Below are positions 11,889 through 24,868 of a stretch of DNA of 64,000 bases, piece after piece (within the stretch, counting starts at the first letter, position 1; each line of letters begins with the position of its first letter). Below the pieces are notes generated by a model. The model saw only the letters and a list, made by a program, of their open reading frames with translations. It ran no database searches and was not told where the DNA came from. The position numbers and the translations under genes were made by a program. The DNA is taken from contig NC_058368.1 of the NCBI RefSeq assembly GCF_018350175.1, forward strand, positions 71,426,001 through 71,490,000, given 5' to 3'. Source of the stretch: Felis catus. Its lineage: Eukaryota.

Positions 11889-14011
11889 TTTTTTTTTTTA
11901 AAGTTTGTTTATTTTGGGGAGGGGGAGAGGGAGGGGCAGCAAGAGACTAGAGAGAGAGAGAATCCCAAGCAGGCTCCACACCTGCAGCACAAGCCCAGTG
12001 TGGGGCTCGAGCTCCCGAACTGTGACATTGTGACCTGTGCTGAAATCAAGAGTCAGATGCCTAACGGACTGAGCTGCTTGGGCTCCCATGTCTGATGTTG
12101 ATTAACTACACATTGTCTTCTGCTGTGTATCGGTTCTCATGTGAACGGATAATAACGAGCACAACACTGATGCATGTTTCTGAGTGCCTGGCATTGCCTT
12201 AAGCATTACCTCATTTGTACCTCATGACAGTAATGCAAAATAGGTCCTGCTGTGATCACCACTTAACAAATGAGGAAACTAAACATTTGAGAGGTGAAGT
12301 AGCTTACCCAAGGTAAGAGGTAGATCTGGTACTTGAGCCTGAGGTTCTGATTCTTTGCTTACTTTGGAATTATTATTTTTTAAAATTATTTATTTTTTTG
12401 GTAATGTTTATTTTTGAGAGAGAGAGAGAGAGAGACGGACAGAGTGCAAGTTGGGGAGGGGCAGAGAGAGAAGGAGACACAGAATCTGAAGCAGGCTCTA
12501 GGCTTTGAGCTGTCAGCACAGAGCCTGATGCGGGACTCGAACCCACGTACTGTGAGATCATGACCCAGGCTGAAGTCAGGCGCCCAACCGACTGAGGCAC
12601 CCAGGTACCCTACTTTGGAATTATTTTTATAAAAATGAGCACTCTACAAGACTTGAATAACAAGATCAGAATCAGGCTTTCTAGGTTTGTTATGCAGCAG
12701 AATGGTATGATGAGGACTGTGCTGTCTGAAATGGTATAGACGAGTATGGAAGTGGGTGAAGAAACTGGAAGGAATTAGCAAACCTCTCATTACTTCAGCT
12801 CTATCATACTCCAGTCCCCTGCTCCTCTTGTGGAAGCCTGATGGAATTCCTGCTCTCCCTGGATTTGACATGCCTCTCATCCTCCCTTTTATTCCTCTTT
12901 ACATCTTTGTAATCTGCATGACCAAGATCAAATACTCCGTTCATAAAGCCCTTCTATCTCACAGAACTCTCCTGATACCTTTCGAGTCCCTGTTGTGGCA
13001 GTTAGCTATTGTAACATAACTTTGTAGTGGTCCTTGTGTTCCAGACTCAGTGTTTCCTGCTGGATCACAAGCTGTTCTTTTCTTTTTTTTTCTTCTTTTT
13101 CTTTTTCTTCCCCCTCCTCCTTTCTTACTACTCATTGAAGTATACTTGACATGAAATGAACTTCTCGTATTTATTCAGTTTGATGCGTTTGGACATATGT
13201 ATTCACCTGTGAAACCATCACCACAATCAAGATGCTGAACATTTCTATCACCTCCAAACGTTTCCTCATTGCCTTTGGAATCCTCGGTGTCTCTACCCCT
13301 GTCCCAGTGCAACTGGGTGATCTGCTTTCTGTCACTGTAGGTTTTTTAGCCTTTTCTGAAATTTTATATTAATGGACTCCTACAGTAGTCTTTTTAAATT
13401 CAGCGTAATTATTTTGAGATTCATTCTTGTGTTTTTAGTAACCCCTGTCTTTTTATTGCTAAATAGAATTTCATTGTATGGACAAACCACACTTTGCTAA
13501 TTCATTCACCTGTTGATGGACATTTAGATTGTTTCCAGTTTTGACCATTGTAAATCAATTAATAACCTATGTGTATAAGTGTTTGGATAGGTTACCTAGG
13601 AGTGACTTGTCTGAATCGTATGTATGTATAACTCTTTAAGAAACTGCCATGCAGTTCCAAAGTATTTGTGCCATTTATAGCCTCACCACAGGGTGTGACA
13701 ATTCTACTGTTTCACATCCATACTGATATGTGATATTTCTGTCTTCTAACCTTTAGCCACTTAAATTGGTTTTGGGGGGCATCTCATTGTGTTCCTTTGA
13801 TGATAGCATTGTTGAACAACTTTTTAAACGTTTTATTTATTTTTGGGAGTGCACAGGTCGGGGAGGGGCACAGAGAGGGGGCAGAGGATCCAAAGCGGGT
13901 TCTACGCTGACAGCAGTGAGCCCGATGTGGGATTCGAGCTCGTGAACCCTGAGATCATCACGACCTCAGCTGAAGTCAGACGTTCAACCGACTGAGCCAG
14001 CCAGGCACTCC
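11889..14011 (-). mobile_element. Can-SINEs at 11889-12087, 12375-12610 and 13825-14011
   Basis: 12375-12610 has TSD tactttggaattatt; 13825-14011 has TSD aacaactttt. Confidence 0.93.
12150..12355 (-). mobile_element. MIR
   Basis: acaaatgaggaaactaaac...gagaggtgaagtagcttacccaaggt. Confidence 0.75.
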
Positions 14012-14480
14012 AAACAACTTTTCATTTGCATATTTTCTTTTGTGAAATGTGTTCAGATCCTTTGCCATTTTTTACATTGTCATCTTACTCTGCTGTAAGC
14101 ATTCTTTATATATTCTAGATACAAGTTCTTTGATATGTGTGTTGTGCACGTTTTCTCTGTGGCTTACCATTTTGTTTACTTAACTGTATCCTTTGAAGCA
14201 GACTTTTAAATTTTGATGAAGTACAGTTTCTTTTTTTATGGCTCATGGTTTTTGTGTACTACCAAAGAATCTATTGCCTACCTCAAGATAACAGATTTTT
14301 CTCCTACATTTCCCATAAGTCTTGAAGTTTTAGGGTTTACTGTTAGGTTTGTGATCCAATTTAGGTTAATTTTTGTGTGTGGTGTGAGTTATAGGGATGA
14401 AGTTCAATGTCCTTTTTCCCAAATGGACATGTTAGTACCATTTACTGAAAAGACATTTGTTTCCCTATTAAATTGACTTG
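13125..14480 (-). mobile_element. Old L1M 3' region directly upstream of the first exon
   Basis: cacctgtgaaaccatcaccacaatcaagat..., ttcattcacctgttgatggacatttagattgtttccagtttt, ttctttatatattctagatacaag. Confidence 0.85.
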
Positions 14481-14694
14481 GCAGTCACAAGTTTCTCAGG
14501 CTTACATTTAGTATTTTATTGCTACCACAGATTCAGACCTTTTTTGTTGTTACTTGAAGTTAAGGAGATGGATAATCTTGCCTGGTTCTTGCTAGATCAT
14601 AAGACACAGATGATAAATTTCTCTAGATAGTAAGACTTAGATTTTTAACTGACTCTTTGTTCTCTAATTCCATCTGATATCTTTTTATTTTTAG

Positions 14695-14805
14695 GTGTTA
14701 CACATAATATTGCATTGCTCCGAGAGGTGATAATCAACTCACGTTTTATAGAAGGAGACATCAACACTAAATTTCTTTCTGATGTGTATCCTGATGGCTT
14801 TAAAG
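14695..14805 (+). CDS. PCCA: PCCA internal coding exon (111 bp, phase 1/1; probably human exon 17 equivalent), end of biotin carboxylase domain
   Basis: ctttttatttttAG|GT GTT ACA CAT...TTT AAA G|GTttgt translates to (G)[36 protein letters not shown](G), recognisable PCCA sequence. Canonical AG/GT; branch-like actgac at about 14648-14653. Too short for the ORF track. Confidence 0.97.
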
Positions 14806-16638
14806 GTTTGTGTGCATTGAAGTATTTTACTGTATTAAAGTTATTTTATACTTTATTATAATGTATAATTTTTCTGTTTTGAAATTAAGGCCTCTGGTCT
14901 ATACTGTACTTGATTTATTAACAGAGTATTCTAGACTATTGACATTCATGATTTTGAGTATTCATGAATGACTCATGAATGTGCAGTAATCCATAATTTT
15001 GTTGAGTGAGAAATTCAACTGTAATGAACGTTTTGGCCTCTTTTCTCTGCTGCCTTGCTATATATAGTTGAACCTCAAGCCCCATCAAGGGAAAAGATCA
15101 GAATTATGTTTTCAGGATTTCCATATGCTTTTATGTCTGCTTGGCTAATGCGTCTGTGATGGTGATGTGTCATGAAGCAGTAGGCAGAAGCAGACAACAG
15201 GTGAAAACTTGAGGGAACTTTTAGAGCAAACATGCTTGCATACATACATTTGTGTAAATGTCTATGTGTGTACATAGATGGTGTTGGATCCCATTATGGG
15301 GAAGAAAATGGCATTTAAAATTTCTAATTGAAGTTGATTACTATGTGCTATACATTTAGCATCAGAAAATGTTACACATTCTCAAGGGAACTCAGAAATT
15401 TACTTAAAACTTAACATTGCGATTTTCCGTGATAAACTTACTATATTACATTTCTGTTTTGATAGGGAATTATCAGCATGGACAATGTAATTCTATCCAT
15501 GCTTATACAAGATAGGAACACAGTTTTAAAAATTGTTACAAGTTGTTAGAAAGGACCATTAGCAATTATTTCATCTCATCCTTTATTTTTCCATGTGAGG
15601 AAATGAAAGTCCAGAGAGCTTGATGAGGTCAAATGACCAGTAGTATAATAAAGCCAGAAGCTGAACTTAGTTTCCACCTCCTGTTTCAGTACTCATTCGA
15701 CTGTGCTAGGCTTCAAAATCACAGATCATACAAGTTTTCAGAGTATGCTGTATGTTGTTGTTGTAGAATGCCTGTAAGCACTTTAAAAGTACACACCTAG
15801 CTTTGCCCTTCTTAATGTGGACCTCTCATTGTCTTCCCTCACATTATCCTCAGGTCAGTCCTTCTCTGAATGGCTACTATCGCTTGTTTTTCAGATTACT
15901 CTATTTCCTCCTTCCTATTTTTCCCTACAGCAGGTATCTGATATTTTAAACTGTATCATCTCTGATTGTTTGATATATGTGCCTGAAAGAGACAGCAGGA
16001 AGTGGCCACTGAAGTTAATCCAGGATCTTCTCCATATGTTTGAGCCTGGGTCATTTTGTCCCTTTGGGATTACCCGTCTGCTTCCCATCTGTCCAGCTAT
16101 CCTAGGCTCTGTTCACAGGCGAGGACGTGTTTTTATGACTGCATTAAAATTTTCTATTATATATGTTTATTATCCCAAATATATTTGTGGACTGGAACAG
16201 TGTTACTAAAGGTTCTGAGGTTGACCTTTGGAATGAATTACTGTGACTAAAACCAAAAAATAGGATGCACAGGAATGTATTCTTCATATCTGCTTATTAG
16301 AGTCTCAGGTTGAAAAGCTGCTGTGCATTTATTTGAAAAATAAATGAAAACTGGGGAAGATGTTATTTTGACTCTGGAGTAAAGGGAAAATGAGGAAGAA
16401 GTTATTTTAGGAACTATAATTTCAGTTGGCCTGTAATGAACATTTTGGACTTTTTTCTCTTTTGCCTTGCTACACTTTAACCTTTAGCCCTGTCAAAAGA
16501 AGAGATCAGAATTATTTTTCTCTTCTGGAAAGCTGCAGATTTTTAACAAAAATTGGATTCAACACAAGTAAAATACCACTAATTACCTTTTTCTTTTCCA
16601 TTTAATTTAGTCAAGTATTTCTATTCCTTTAAAAGCGG

Positions 16639-17268
16639 TGTAACCAAATCAGTATGAGTTGCTCCTTGGTGAGTCACAGGCAGACACCACACCATGGTTT
16701 CTGTTGCACAGATCTGTGCAACAGGGTAATAAAATAAAGGGAACTTAATTTGCAGCAAATGAGGAGATCGTGGGGAATAACTTCCAAAGCTGTGACTCTC
16801 TGGGCAAGGGTGAATGGGTTCCTTTTATTTAGGGTTAGGATGAATATTTAGATAGGGAGCTTTGTCACTGTACGTAAAGGCAGGCATAAGGTCTCATATG
16901 TGCCATAAGGAAATATACCTGTGTATACATTGTTTGCTATGTAAATGAGGCTTGTTCCTCCTTTGGTGGAGATTTTAGTATAATGAGGTAAAGGTAACTG
17001 TCAGTCATTCCACTGCCCATCTGTGCAGGTGCAGGTTGGGGGCAGGGGGTGGTGGCATGGTTAGTTTTAAACTGGTCTGGTTGGTCTGGCTGGCTGGTAC
17101 TCTGGGCAGTTGTTTTGGTTTCCATCACTGAATATTATCCCTATAGGGTCTTTTGTCTGAGTTAAGAGATACGCTGGAAAGAAGAGTGTAAGGAAAAATG
17201 GGGACAAAGGTTGGTGAGCACAGGCAAGTGGGGAGTAAAGATCGTGTCTTGGGGTCTAGCTGGTGATA
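16639..17268 (-). mobile_element. Probable ERV1-class solo LTR (about 630 bp)
   Basis: Starts tgtaacc and ends ggtgata (decayed CA), flanked by gcgg/gtgg (4-bp TSD with a CpG transition). LTR-like ccttttatttaggg and atgtaaatgagg motifs. Family not identified. Confidence 0.55.
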
Positions 17269-17619
17269 GTGGTAAAATGAAATTTGGGCTGTAGCATTGC
17301 CTTTGAGAATTCAGTCATTAAAATCATCCAACAAATAATTGGTGCAGGCTCTAGAAGAAAATGGAAAGCAAATAATATATTTTCCCTGCACTTAAGGAGC
17401 TTACATCACAAGGTAATAAATATGTAAAGAACTAACCGCTACAGGACAAAAGAAGGGCTAAATGAACATATAAGCAAAGTGTCTTGAGCACAGAGAAAAA
17501 CCACTTCCGATTCAGGGAATCAGGGATGGCTTCCAGGATGAGGTAGCATTTAGACCATTGCAGCACTTCCCCAAGAACTATTCTGGGGCACTGCTCATCT
17601 GTGCCCAATCCATCCTCTC

Positions 17620-17752
17620 TGATGTGATGCCGGTAGTTTGAAATCAGCCTTGGAGAGAGTATTTACAGTGAGGAAACTGTCAAAACCTGCACTGGTGCAT
17701 TTCTTCTTCCTTCACACCCAAGTTGATTGTTATCATTTACCAGCATACCAGC
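17620..17752. mobile_element. MER63-like hAT fragment
   Basis: ttgaaatcagccttggagagagtatttaca...catttaccagcataccagcg. Confidence 0.55.
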
Positions 17753-18514
17753 GTCTGGTCCTTTGACCTGACTTTACAAAGGAAAAGGTTTACCATGTAG
17801 GGAGGAAGACCTAGAAGAATCGCTGAGGACAGGCGGTGCTGTGTTAGAACTCCTGTGAGTCAAATGACAGAGTTTGCTGAAAAAAGGTAAGAACATTTAA
17901 GGACATGAAATCAGAGGAGAGAGACTTTAATAAAGTATAAAAACTCTGATTTTTAGAAGTGTTTCAGCAAAGCGAAAGGTGGGATGGTCGCTTTTAAGAA
18001 CTAAACTAGTGACCCTAAGGAATAAGGGTCCTATTCCTTTATTCCCTACACTTTTACTACAGGTAAAAAGGTAGAAAGGATGAAATAATTTGTGAAATAA
18101 GAGATGTGGAGGGATGATCCAAGAGATTTTGTATGTATATAACAGTTTCATGAAGAAAAGATGGACAAGTAAAGGAAGGTTAATTTTAAAAGAAATAATA
18201 AGGGAGATTTTTGTTTCACTGTTCTTGAGAAAGCCTTGATGTGTTGTTGCAAAGATTCACTGAGTTTCAGACAAAATTAATGAAAAAAGTAACTCTTCTA
18301 GGAATATCAAGAACAAAAAGTCTTTAAAGCTTCTAGAAAGAAAAAAAAAGCACCAAGTTATATGCAGAGAATATAGAATGAGATCATCTTCAGATTCCAT
18401 AAACTGGAAATTAGAAAATCTTAAAATATCTGATTCATTAGAAAGTACTTAACCCAGGAGGTACTATACCCAACTAACATATCTTTCATTTCTCAATTAT
18501 GAAAAGAGATTTTA

Positions 18515-20136
18515 TTTATTTAAAAATTTTTTGTTTATTTATTTTGAGAGAGAGAGAGAGAGAGGAGCAGGGAGAGGGAGACAGGGAACACCAAGCAGGC
18601 TCTGCACTGGTAGCTCAGGGCTTGAACCCATGAAACCATGCGATCATGACCTGAGCCAAAACCAAGAGTTGGACGCTTAACTGACTGAGCCACCCAGGCA
18701 CCATGAAAAGAGATTTTAAAATAAAGATTCAGAAATATGTCATTATATATATTTTGAGGATATTACTGAAGAAAGTGCTTTAACCAATATGAGGTAAAGA
18801 TGACAGCTAAATTATACCCATTTTTCCCAACCAATGAATTGAAGTTTTTATTACTTTTATTTTTACTATTTATTTATTTTTAAGTAGGCTCCACACCCAA
18901 TGTGGGGCTTGAGCTCATGACCCTGAGATCAAGAGTTGCATGCTCCACTGACTGAGCCAGCCAGGTGTCCTGAATTGAGGTGTTTTCTTTCTTTTTTTTT
19001 TTTTTTTAAACACAAGCCCATAAGGAAAAAGAGAAGAGATAGTATTCTGGAAAATGAAGAGCCAAAAAATGATTCTTAACTGACTTAGCAACCTAAGAAA
19101 GTTGAATCCTAATCTGACAGTGTGAAAAACTGAGAAGTCGCTCATTACCACCATGGAACCCTTCAGTAGTCTTAGCTCCTATTTAAGTTTCAGGAAGCTT
19201 GGGAAATTTCTAAAGGTAGGACTATTGGTCTAAAAATCTCTGGAAAAATTTTCCATATCCCCTCCTTCACTCTTTAGAGGAGGGTGGCTCTCTCCTCCAC
19301 TTTGGCAAAGACTTTGAAGTTCTTCTTTTTGGAGAATAAGATGCCCTCTGCTCCAGGGACACCAGGCACAGTTGGACAGAGGTTTGAGTGAATGTGGACA
19401 TACTGAATGTGGTGACACCCTGTCTCTCAACCCGTCCATGAAGCCTACACACAAAGCAAATGGTCAGCAAAGCCACATCCCAGAAAGAGACAACATGCAT
19501 AGCTCAGGATCAGGACATCTGTCAGCATCATTTAAGACAACACTAGTTTGAAAGGGAATCCCCAGATGACTGTTAAAAATAGATGATAGAACTAAAGCCA
19601 CTTAGGAGAACACTGATCAGGCTTCTGAAAAACTGGGTCATGCACATGGAGTGATAATTGCATGAGGTTTACAGAGGTATATCACAGACCATGTGAGTGC
19701 TACTATGTGATTCAATTTGCACGTAGTAACTACCAACTTAATGAATAAGGACGGGAGAGCCTAAATGTTGTTTGAAGTTTGGGGTTTTTGTTGGAAATTC
19801 TCCCCCCACACTCCCCAACTCCCTCAAAGGCTAAGAAGGTGAGGGCTAATTGTGAAGAGGAAGTTTTTCTCCTTTCTTTCACAAATATTTACTGAACCCA
19901 TTAGGTAAAAGGTAGTGTCTAGGGTCTGACACTAATAAATACTGAAGAATATTTATTATTATTTTTTTAACGCTTATTTTTGAGAGAGAGAAAAAGCATG
20001 GGGGAAAGACAAAGGATTCGAAGCAGGCTCTGTACTGACAGCAGAGAGCCCGATGCAGGGCTTGAACTCACAAACTGTGAGATCATGATCTGAACCAAAG
20101 TCTGATGCTTAACCAACTGAGCCACCCAGGCGCCCC
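18515..20136 (-). mobile_element. Can-SINEs at 18515-18702, 18850-18970 (short) and 19955-20136
   Basis: First copy has TSD atgaaaagagatttta (18499-18514 and 18703-18718). Confidence 0.92.
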
Positions 20137-20552
20137 CTGGAAGGTGTTTTAAAAAGCGTAAGGGTTTTTAGAGCTGCGCCTTTTTCCAACCATGTCTTCT
20201 GCAGAGAGTATGGTAGAGATTTCAAGCCTTAATGCTCTTGAAGGTTTCAAAAGATGGGTTTGAGAAACCCTTAGAACTCCTCCCAGGCTAGGGTTCTAAC
20301 TTTTACGTGAAGGTGAGTTGCTGCTGTTGAGATGGCTCTTGCTAGAGCTTGTGAGGCTGCATCTGTCCTTGCATGCCAGGCTGGAAGTTCTTGGTCTTTC
20401 TGCCTCACTGTTCGGACCCCACAGACTGCCAGGGTCATGCTTGTGAATCTTCTCAATCAGGGTTGGCAGAGGTGAAAAACAAGGGTCAAGTTGCAGTGCT
20501 CTCTTAGTTTACCTTCACACTTGAGAAAGGGATAGGAAGAATCTAAAAGAAT

Positions 20553-20555
<3 letters not shown>

Positions 20556-20592
<37 letters not shown>

Positions 20593-20807
20593 AAAATTTT
20601 TTTTTCAACGTTTATTTATTTTTGGGACAGAGAGAGACAGAGCATGAACGGGGGAGGGGCAGAGAGAGAGGGAGACACAGAATCGGAAACAGGCTCCAGG
20701 CTCCGAGCCATCAGCCCAGAGCCTGACGCGGGGCTTGAACTCACGGACCGCGAGATCGTGACCTGGCTGAAGTCGGACGCTTAACCGACTGCGCCACCCA
20801 GGCACCC
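20556..20807 (-). mobile_element. Young SINEC_Fc-type SINE
   Basis: CpGs retained, (attt)n tail, perfect TSD ctaaaagaattta at 20543-20555 and 20808-20820. Confidence 0.97.
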
Positions 20808-21738
20808 CTAAAAGAATTTAAATACACTTTGCATCCCAAAGTTCTGGGTGCTTAAGATTCATCGGTAAGCAGAAACACTTGCTGCCCTCATGGGGTTTAC
20901 AATGCCAGGAGTTAGCAGGCAGCATGGGTCCTCACCCCCCTCACCACAACTCTGTAGGTGTTTTCAGATGTGAACCCACTCACCGTTGTCAGTACAGTGC
21001 ACTTGCCTTAGCTTGTTCACCTACAGCTGGGAATTGAATGCAGGCGTGTCTCATTTCAACACCAAACCAGCACACCAACCCCCCTTACCTGAGCTACTAT
21101 ACTCTTGTCTGGATTTAGAACAGCCTTCTCATAGCCCTCCCTCCTGCCACCATTGCACTTTGTAATTCATCTTCGCCCAGCTGCCAGAGTTCACTTTTAG
21201 AACCAAATCATATCTTCCCCCTCCCTTACTTTGAAAGCCCTCAGGGAATGAATGGCTAAACAAATAGCAGTATATCCATGTTATAGAATACTACTGAGTG
21301 TGAGAATGAAAGAAACTGTGATTCACTCAAAAGCATGGATGAATCTCAAAAATATTAGGTGCAAAAGAAGCCAGACATGAAAGAGTACTTACTCTCTGGT
21401 TCCATTTAAATGAAACTAGGAAAGAGTTTAATTGCCTGAGGTCAGGGAGGGAAAGGAGGTCCAGAGGTATTGATTGGAAAGAGATGCAAAGGAGCATTTT
21501 GGAGTAATGGAAAATTTGATATGCATTGTTGTGGTGTTTATATGGGCATACACATTTGTCAAAACTCAATTGCTTATTTAAAATGGACCCATATATTGTA
21601 TGAAAATTGTACCTCAAAGTTAAAAAAAAAAGTACTTTTGTTAATGATATCCATTACAATTAGAGTAAAATAAAAAGTGATGGCTTACAAAAAAAGTAGG
21701 TGCTAAAAAGGTGTTGGGTGGAAATTCAATAGCCTTTT

Positions 21739-21931
21739 TTTTTTTGACTATTTATTTATTTATTTATTTATTTTTTCAATATATGAAATTTATTGTCAGA
21801 TTGGTTTCCATACAACACCCAGTGCTCATCCCAAAAGGTGCCCTCCTCAATACCCATCACCCACCCTCCCCTCCCTCCCACCCCCCATCAACTCTCAGTT
21901 TGTTCTCAGTTTTTAAGAGTCTCTTATGCTT
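21739..21931 (-). mobile_element. Very short 5'-truncated young L1 3' end
   Basis: L1 3'UTR terminus with T-rich tail; TSD ttcaatagcctttt at 21725-21738 and 21932-21945. Confidence 0.9.
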
Positions 21932-22484
21932 TTCAATAGCCTTTTCTAATTAAAAATTCTTTGAAATAAAAAAATTAAATTAAATTTGATTAAAAATGTA
22001 CTTTATGAAAACTAAAAAAACCCTAGTTTTAAATGATGAAATGCTAAAAAAAATTTCCCTTAAAATCAGGAACAAATGAATTCTGTAAAGTGACTGTTAT
22101 TATCAATCATTTTTATTGCTTTGGAATTTCAAAAAGACCAAAAAAAAGTTGGTTTAAATATTTTGAAAATAAGAAAATTTTCTTTTTCCATATATAATTG
22201 TGTCCCTAGAAAACCCAGAAGATACTACTAAAAATTTCTAGTCTTAAAACATGTCTGTCAAGATGACTGAATGCAGCAAGATAAACATGCAAAGTTAGTA
22301 TCTCTTCTCTGTGTTAGAAAGAGCCAGTTTGAAATGAACCCTGTTCATATTAATTGTAGTGTCTTGTAAAATAGTCAAGAGAAATTTAATAGGGAAGACA
22401 TAGAACCTATGGGACTCTGTAAGCTGTAAAAATATTGTTGAGGATAAACAAGATGTGAACAAATGAGAAAACATCAGTTATTTT

Positions 22485-22905
22485 TTGTCTTTCAAATTTT
22501 TATTTAAATTCAAGTTAGCTAACACATAGTATAGTATTGGTTTCAGGAGTAGAATTTAGTGATTCATTGAATACCCAGTGCTCGTCACTTAAGTGCCCTC
22601 CTTAATGCCCATCACCCATTTAGGCCATCTGCCCACCCAACTCCCCTCCAGCAACGCTCAGTTTGTTCTCTGTAGTTAAGTCTCTTATGGTTTGCTTCTC
22701 TTTCTGGTTTTATATTTTGTTTTTCATTCTCTTCTCCTGTGTTCATCAGTTTTGTTTCTTAAATTCCGTATATGAGTGAAATCATATGGTATTTTTCTCT
22801 GATTTTGCTCAGCATAAAACACTCTAGCTCTACCCGTGTTGTTGCACATGACAAGATTTCATTCTTTTTGATGGCTGATCAGTATTCCAGTGTGTGTGTG
22901 TGTGT

Positions 22906-22951
<46 letters not shown>

Positions 22952-23260
22952 CATCTTCTTTATCCATTCATCAGTCCATGGACATTTGGGCTCTTTTCAT
23001 AATTTGGCTATTGTTGATAGTGCCATTATAAACATTGGGCTGCATGTAACCCTTTGAATCACTATTTTTGTATCCTTTGGATAAATACCTAGTAGTGCAA
23101 TTGCTGGGTCTTGTGTAGTTCTATTTTTTTACTTTTTGAGGAACCTCCAAACTATTTTCTAGAGTGGCTACCCCAGTTTGCATTCCCACCAACAGTGTAA
23201 GAGGGTTCCTCTTTCTCCGTATCTTTATCAACATCTGTTGTTTCCTGAGTTGTTAAATTT
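22485..23260 (-). mobile_element. Carnivore L1 3' fragment
   Basis: Collinear with the 3' end of the L1 at 24454-25200 (tatgagtgaaatcatatggta, ataaatacctagtagtgcaattgctgggtc, gcattcccaccaacagtg). Confidence 0.9.
22890..22949. repeat. (GT)9(AC)n compound, self-complementary microsatellite
   Basis: Read directly. Related tracts at 24821-24880, 32004-32052 and 50493-50534. Confidence 0.97.
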
Positions 23261-23514
23261 TAAACATATCAATTATTGTTTGGGGACTCAATAGTATAGG
23301 AGTGCCAATCTATCTCAGATTGATGCAGATTTTATGTCATTCCAGTTAGATTCACAAGGTCCACTACATTAAATGATTTAAAAGATTATATGTATTCATA
23401 AATTTCTGAAAATAGCAAATTATGAAGAATGATAGAGGAAAATTGGCCTTCCATGTTTTAAAATGTATTGCCAAGCCTCTGCATCTAAACAGCATGATAT
23501 AAAGTAGAGGAATG

Positions 23515-23727
23515 GGGGTAGGATGCCTGGGTGGCTCAGACAGTTAAGTGTCTGACTCTTAAATTCTGCTCAGGTCATGATCTCATGGTTCGTGGGACGG
23601 AGCCCCATGCTGGGCTCTGCACTGACAGCAGAGCCCACTTGGGATTCTCTCTTTCCCCTCTCTCTCTACTTCTCCTCCCCCGGCTCATGCTTTCTCTCTC
23701 TGTAAATAAACATACATTTTAAAAAAT
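23515..23727 (+). mobile_element. Can-SINE
   Basis: ggatgcctgggtggctcag...ctcaggtcatgatctc...aaataaaca. Confidence 0.9.
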
Positions 23728-24453
23728 AGTTTAAGAAAGAATACTTGAAAGAAAACAAAAAAAAATGGATAAGTATGTCAGTGTAATGGAATAGGGAGCT
23801 CATAAACAGAAATTAGTATATGTGGGAGTTTTTTCTCTTACTCTATATGAAATGTTAGAACTTTAATTTATGCCAAATTAAAAAAAAATGAGTCCCAGGC
23901 AAAGATTAAATGTAAAACATAAAAACAATTAGAATAAAACTGAGGAGTCTAGTTACTATCTAGACATTGGAGTGATCTTTTAAAAGAATAGTGCAAACAT
24001 TTCTAATGAAAACTAATGATATGACTGTGTTCTGTAAAATTTTTCTGTACAATGTTCTGTAAAATTTATTTCTGTTTGGCAAAATACTAAGTGCTAATTG
24101 AGCATATGTAAAGAATTCTAATTGGCCCATAAACTTGAAATTGAAAGCTGTTGTAAAAAAGTTTTCTTTTTAAATTATTATTGTATGGTCAGTGTCAATT
24201 AAATGGCTAAAACATAGATTATTTTTAGATTTCATATGTCAATCACAAATTACTTGATGACATTTCAGACATTTTGTAATTAAAAAAATTACTATGTCTA
24301 TATTATACCTTGGAAGTAATGAGGATAGTAAATACAACTACTTTTTAAAAGCTAAAATGAGTATTTTTATATATTATATATTGTATACTATATGGATCTA
24401 TATTAGACTATAAGCATACTCTAATATTAATGTCTTGTTTTGAGCCATAGTAT

Positions 24454-24818
24454 GTTTTTTTTTATTTTTTAATTTTTTAAAAATTTACATCCAAATTAGT
24501 TAGCATATAGTGCAACAATGATTTAAGGAGTAGATTCCTTAATGCCCCTTACCCATTTAGCCCATCCCACTCCCACAACCCCTCCAGTAACCCTCTGTTC
24601 TCTATAAGAGTCTCTTATGTTTTGTCCCCCTCCCTGTTTTTATATCATTTTTGTTTCCCTTCTCTTATCTGTTTTGTGTCTTAAAGTCCTCATATGAGTG
24701 AAGTCATGTGATATTTGTCTTTCTCTGACTAATTTCGCTTAGCATAATACCCCCTAGTTCCATCCACGTAGTTGCAAATGGCCAGATTTCATTTTTTTTG
24801 ATTGCTGAGTAATATTCC

Positions 24819-24868
<50 letters not shown>

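Larger units (their letters stand above)
21245..24100 (+). mobile_element. Decayed old L1ME-type fragments hosting younger L1/SINE inserts
   Basis: gaatgaatggctaaacaaat...catggatgaatctcaaaaatatt (21245-21630). ORF2-like ctagaaaacccagaaga and ggaaaattggccttcca remnants follow. Confidence 0.6.

Noticed and set aside
1..14694. Preceding PCCA exon (LITYGSDR...YVIR)
   Set aside because: No matching sequence found by eye; it presumably lies upstream of the window.
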